DNA of 20,217 nucleotides from Promethearchaeota archaeon. GTDB lineage: Archaea; Asgardarchaeota; Lokiarchaeia; Sigyniarchaeales; SOKP01. The stretch covers positions 1 to 20,217 of the forward strand of contig JABCSY010000073.1 in NCBI GenBank assembly GCA_018238625.1, written 5' to 3'. The notes beneath the pieces are model-generated. The model saw nothing but the letters and a program-made list of their open reading frames with translations, ran no database searches and was not told where the DNA came from. Both the position numbers and the translations under genes were made by a program. Positions 15,883 through 20,217 of the stretch are shown piece by piece. The first letter of the stretch is position 1. Each line of letters begins with the position of its first letter.

Positions 15883-18057
15883 TTGCAAAGTGAAGCATTT
15901 GGATATTTTAACGAACCTTTCTTAAAAAAGAATAGAGTATTTTATCGACAATACCAAAGTAATATTATTAAAAAATGTATAGGAAGAAATTCGCTAGTAG
16001 TATTACCAACTGGCTTAGGAAAAACAATTATAGGGATTTTACTTATAGGTAAAGCTCTGGAAAAATATTCAAAATCAAAAGTCATTATTCTTGCCCCAAC
16101 TAGACCTTTAGTTTCGCAACATAAAGCTTCATGTGAGGACTTTTTAAATATTGATTCTAATTTAATTACTTCATTTACAGGCAAGATTTCGCCAGAAAAG
16201 AGAATTGTACTTTTTAACAACTCTAAAATTATAGTATCAACACCTCAAGTAATAAAGAACGATGTAGAAAGAGGGAGATACGACTTAAAACAAGTTTCTC
16301 TAATAATCTTCGACGAAGCACACAGAACGAGAGGTAATTACGCCTATTGTTTTATTTCAAACGAATATCTTAATACTTGTAAAGATCCGCTGGTTTTAGG
16401 GCTAACTGCATCTCCCGGAAAAAGCTATCATCACATTCAACAATTGTGCGATAATTTGTTTATTGAGAATGTTATATTTAAAACCTACGAAGATAAAGAC
16501 GTAAAACAGTACATTTACGATATTGACATGTATTTAGAATTTGTCGATTTGCCTATTAAAGTTTTAGAGTTAAGTGCGATTTGGTATAACTTATTTGAAA
16601 AATTTCTGAGATTCTTTATCGAAAAAAAATTAATTCCACCCAATAAGCGCTATTATTCTAAGTTGGATTTCTTAGGAATATCTCGAGATTTAACGCTCTC
16701 TCTTAGGTATAATAATGGCTATTTACCCGAGTTATCAGAAGAAGAGTACCAAAACGCTCTTTATTTTCAATCTCCACGAATTATAGATTTAGTAAAAGAG
16801 AATTCGCTCAATATCGAATCGATTTATTCTTACAGTTCAAGCTGTATTTCTTTACTACATGGGAAAGATTTGCTAGAATCTCAAAATATCTCGTTATTTG
16901 AAACTTTTTTAGAAAAAATAGAATATAAATCTGGCCATGACATTCTTTCAGCTAAGAGAATTATTAATTCCGACCACTATAAGTTCATTAAAAACATTTT
17001 TGAGCAGGACAACCGTGATAATTACTTACATCCTAAAATTGAAAAGTTATTTTCAATTATAACTGAAGAAACCGAAGAATTTCGTAATAATAAAATCATC
17101 ATTTTTACTCAGTACCGCGAAATGGCAGAATTATTGAAAGGAAAGCTGAAGGAACGCTTTGGAACTCGATTGAGCGTAGAAAAATTTATAGGCCAGTCAA
17201 CCAAGATAAATGATATAGGTTTTTCACAATATCAGCAAGGAGAAATAATAAAACAATTTAAAGCTGGTGAGATAGACGTTCTTGTGGCAACAAGTGTCGC
17301 AGAAGAAGGACTTGATATACCAAATGTCGACGCTATTATTTTTTACGAGCCCGTACCTTCTGAGATAAGGTTAATTCAAAGACGAGGTAGAACCGGACGT
17401 CACGCCCCTGGAAGATGCTATTTGTTAATAGCTAGAGGGACTATAGACATCCCCTTTTACAAAGCTGCTGAACGAAAAGAAATGGCTATGAATTCGGTGC
17501 TATCAGATTCAAAGCAATTGGATTTATGTGATGTAGTTAACCGAGAACAGATATGCTTTAAGACAGTTTCTAATAAAATCTCAGAATTTGATTTAATTAA
17601 AAATTATAAAGAACGGCGTAAAAGAGAAAAAGAACTTCTTGCAAATCGTTCCATCGAAGAAATCATTTCAGAACTTGATAATTTCGTCAAAAGCAACGAG
17701 TTTAAAAAATTTAAAGATTCTGGTGTAACTTTTTATTCAGATATAATAGAGTTGGATAAATTGAAATTGAAATCTTCTATATTAAAACTAAAAGGAAATC
17801 AAAAAGCAAATCAAAAAGTAAAAAATAAGAAAATGACAGAAAGAAAAATTTATATAAATCATAACGTAAAAACATTAATAAGAATTGCTAAAACTTATAG
17901 TGTGGACGGGAAAATGTCTCTTTCGGAATTTAAAGAATATGCTGAAGAAGAAGATATAATTGAAAAAAAGTTTTACGCTCATTTAAATCAAGCCTGCTAT
18001 TTAGGGTACCTTAAAAGAAACGCCAAGGAAGTACATTTCATAAAGGACTACGATTAA
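15883..18057 (+). CDS. Hef/FANCM/Mph1-family SF2 DEAH helicase without an ERCC4 nuclease domain
   Basis: Q motif RQYQ, LPTGLGKT, LAPTRPLV, STPQ, DEAHR, LTASPG, IFTQYR, ATSVAEEGLDIP and IQRRGRTGR. No ERKxxxD nuclease motif in the C-terminal ~190 aa. TTG start. Confidence 0.9.
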   Translation: MQSEAFGYFNEPFLKKNRVFYRQYQSNIIKKCIGRNSLVVLPTGLGKTIIGILLIGKALEKYSKSKVIILAPTRPLVSQHKASCEDFLNIDSNLITSFTGKISPEKRIVLFNNSKIIVSTPQVIKNDVERGRYDLKQVSLIIFDEAHRTRGNYAYCFISNEYLNTCKDPLVLGLTASPGKSYHHIQQLCDNLFIENVIFKTYEDKDVKQYIYDIDMYLEFVDLPIKVLELSAIWYNLFEKFLRFFIEKKLIPPNKRYYSKLDFLGISRDLTLSLRYNNGYLPELSEEEYQNALYFQSPRIIDLVKENSLNIESIYSYSSSCISLLHGKDLLESQNISLFETFLEKIEYKSGHDILSAKRIINSDHYKFIKNIFEQDNRDNYLHPKIEKLFSIITEETEEFRNNKIIIFTQYREMAELLKGKLKERFGTRLSVEKFIGQSTKINDIGFSQYQQGEIIKQFKAGEIDVLVATSVAEEGLDIPNVDAIIFYEPVPSEIRLIQRRGRTGRHAPGRCYLLIARGTIDIPFYKAAERKEMAMNSVLSDSKQLDLCDVVNREQICFKTVSNKISEFDLIKNYKERRKREKELLANRSIEEIISELDNFVKSNEFKKFKDSGVTFYSDIIELDKLKLKSSILKLKGNQKANQKVKNKKMTERKIYINHNVKTLIRIAKTYSVDGKMSLSEFKEYAEEEDIIEKKFYAHLNQACYLGYLKRNAKEVHFIKDYD

Positions 18058-18119
18058 ATTTTTACCAAAATGCTTATTAACAAAAAGTTCGAAGTATTAT
18101 TACATAGTTTAATAAAAAA

Positions 18120-19658
18120 ATGGTAAAAATGGATATCAACTCATTTCTAAGAAGAAAAGGAAAAAAATGGTTGTTCCTTGATTCGGCACTAATAATAAAC
18201 ATGGCTGTTTTAACGTTAATAATGCTTATTTTTCACGTATATTGGGGGGATATTAATATAATTGTTTCTGATTATGTTAATTTTGATATAAACCTCGTAT
18301 TTATAATTATTGTGATCGTACTACTTCCGCTAATTTATGGAGCCGCGATTCTTCATGTGCATCTTAGGAATATTAAAAAACATAACGAAATTAAACCTTG
18401 TATCCTAAACAAAATTTTACCATTAGTTCTAATGTTCATATATTCAAGTTTATTCGCACTATTATTGTTAGAATTAGAACAATACTCCCGATTAATTCCT
18501 CAAGTTATTGAATTTTATAGTATATTTTTAACAATACCACTTTCGCTCTTACTTATTTTGGGCTTATATCCTTTGATAAAATCAATCCCACAGTGGAAAA
18601 ATCATTTATCAAATAGGATATTAAATGTAGAAATAAAATCAAAAGTTATTTTAGGTCTTTTAATTACTGGATATTTTTTTGCTTTCGCATCTCCACTATT
18701 GTTTATCCCCTCAAATGTGATTTCTGGTGATCTTCCACCCAAACCCAACATTATAGCGCATAGAGGCGCATCGCATTTAGCCCCCGAAAACACTATTGTA
18801 GCTGGAGAATTAGCAGTAGAACGCGGAGCTGTAGGTTGGGAAGTCGATATAAGAATTTCTGTTGACGGAGAATTAATTTTGATGCATGACGATACTCTCA
18901 CTCGAACCACTAATGTAGAGGATATTTTTCCAAATCGTAAGAACGATCTCGCTGAAACGTTCACGCTTTCTGAACTCAGACAATTAGACGCTGGTAGTTG
19001 GTTTGCGGATAAAGATCCATATGGTGCTTTAACTTTTGGACGTGTTTCAAAAGAAGACGGAGACAATTACAGAGGGTTACAAATTCCTACATTTGAAGAA
19101 ATCTTAAATTTTACGAGAGATAATGACTTTTTAATAGATTTTGATATTAAATCACCATCATCCAGCCATCTCTATAAGGATGTTTATTTTGAAACAATTT
19201 TGAACGAAACACTCGAATCAGGAATTAATTTGACAAGAGTTATGATTTTCACGAGCGACGCTGAATGGATTGATTTGATCAATCAAAAAAATGCCACTGA
19301 TGTTTTATTAGGCATGGATATGAGATCTAATCCTTCCTTAGAAGAATTCGAAACATCTGAATATAATTATACAATTATCAAAACAGGAGATGAATACTCT
19401 AATGAATTATATAGATCGTTTTATTCAAGTAATATCCCTGTTATGGTCTATACAATCGATAGTATCGAAAGATTCAGTCAACTCTGGTGCTTAGGGACGG
19501 CTTTTGTTATGACTAACGAAGTACACACATTTAACGATCTGAAAAACCCAATCTGGTATCTTAATATAGAAAGTTACATCGTTCTTTGGAGCATTATATA
19601 CGTTGCAGCTTTAAGTTCTTTGCTCATTATAAAATTTGTCTTACTTAAAAAAAGATAA
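18120..19658 (+). CDS. Six-TM membrane glycerophosphodiester phosphodiesterase, GDE2/GDE3/GDE6-like
   Basis: Five N-terminal hydrophobic helices, then a GDPD domain (IAHRGASHLAPENT, EVD, LMHD-x-TLTRTT, LDAGSWF, IPTFEE, YTID, MTN), then one C-terminal TM and a KKR tail. Confidence 0.9.
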   Translation: MVKMDINSFLRRKGKKWLFLDSALIINMAVLTLIMLIFHVYWGDINIIVSDYVNFDINLVFIIIVIVLLPLIYGAAILHVHLRNIKKHNEIKPCILNKILPLVLMFIYSSLFALLLLELEQYSRLIPQVIEFYSIFLTIPLSLLLILGLYPLIKSIPQWKNHLSNRILNVEIKSKVILGLLITGYFFAFASPLLFIPSNVISGDLPPKPNIIAHRGASHLAPENTIVAGELAVERGAVGWEVDIRISVDGELILMHDDTLTRTTNVEDIFPNRKNDLAETFTLSELRQLDAGSWFADKDPYGALTFGRVSKEDGDNYRGLQIPTFEEILNFTRDNDFLIDFDIKSPSSSHLYKDVYFETILNETLESGINLTRVMIFTSDAEWIDLINQKNATDVLLGMDMRSNPSLEEFETSEYNYTIIKTGDEYSNELYRSFYSSNIPVMVYTIDSIERFSQLWCLGTAFVMTNEVHTFNDLKNPIWYLNIESYIVLWSIIYVAALSSLLIIKFVLLKKR

Positions 19659-19681
19659 GAATAAAACAACATTTTATCAAA

Positions 19682-20156
19682 ATCAAATTTTATCTTCCTT
19701 GGATAAAAACAAATTCGTTTATTTTAAAATTCTTATGATTTATTCTAAAATTGATACAATAGAACGATCAGTATGGAATTTTAGTTTCAAAATATAATTA
19801 AAACATCTTTATTGAAATTTGATCTGATACAGTTTTACCAGATTGATTTAAATTAAACAAAAAGAAATTGATATATACTTTATATTAAAAGAAATTTAAC
19901 AATATAAAAGCAATTAAGTTAAAGCGGAAGGTGTTAGATCATTTTTGGTAAAAAAATTAGATTTTTAATATCAACATATGTTTTCATAGTGTCATCCTTT
20001 TTCCTGATATTGATACCTATTTATAAAATGGCTTATTTAAACGTTTTTAGGTAGGTACTACTTAATTTTTACTCTTCTTGAATCTTTAAAATCTTTTTTT
20101 TTTTAATTATATCAAACATAAAATATATGGGATTTCTATCAAATTTTATCTTCCTT
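19682..20156. repeat. Exact 19-bp direct repeat (atcaaattttatcttcctt) at 19682-19700 and 20138-20156
   Basis: Both copies read directly from the sequence; their starts are 456 bp apart. They flank an AT-rich segment with no ORF in the track. Confidence 0.8.
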
Positions 20157-20217
20157 CCTTTTTTTGAAAAAGAAGAAAAAGAATACTATTAACGTCAATA
20201 GAACAGGAATTAAAATT

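Noticed and set aside
682-19066. Short ORF-track entries: 682..894, 3565..3747, 5731..5937, 7013..7234, 7926..8123, 8301..8519, 9377..9634, 9415..9612, 10220..10468, 12015..12275, 12214..12426, 13408..13605, 15942..16220, 18602..19066
   Set aside because: All overlap well-supported longer genes (antisense or alternative frame) and have no recognisable motifs, so they are treated as shadow ORFs.
1-20217. CRISPR arrays, tRNA/rRNA genes, transposases/integrases, known defence systems
   Set aside because: No regularly spaced repeats, cloverleaf or rRNA-like GC-rich tracts, or recombinase/defence motifs were found. The helicase is a housekeeping Hef/FANCM type.

Overview
Very AT-rich (roughly 30% GC by eye), gene-dense prokaryotic DNA that looks archaeal, most likely Asgard/Lokiarchaeia. 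That assignment is inferred from a Hef/FANCM-type helicase, an aKMT-like methyltransferase, a Loki-CTERM-like surface protein and TATA-type promoters. There are 16 credible CDSs, mostly catabolic or lipid-related enzymes. On the minus strand, an extended SDR and an atypical aldehyde dehydrogenase sit with two paralogous small proteins (possible SCP2 fold). Other genes encode a lysine methyltransferase-like protein, a nitroreductase, a B12-binding radical SAM enzyme, two metallo-beta-lactamase-fold hydrolases, a GH4 alpha-galactosidase, an alpha/beta hydrolase, a divergent TetR / GPH-MFS transporter pair, a nuclease-less Hef-like helicase and a membrane glycerophosphodiesterase. The phosphodiesterase has the 5+1 transmembrane architecture and signature motifs of the animal GPI-anchor-cleaving GDE2/GDE3/GDE6 enzymes, and is the top finding. 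Not in the ORF track: a decayed 3' fragment of a second GPH transporter, a tandem TAAGTTA-N7-TAACTTA operator pair, a short ORF with an in-frame TGA-x-x-Cys followed by a hairpin, and a 19-bp direct repeat bracketing the terminal non-coding region. No tRNA, rRNA, CRISPR array, transposase or integrase was seen. All family comparisons are from recalled motifs; no searches were run.
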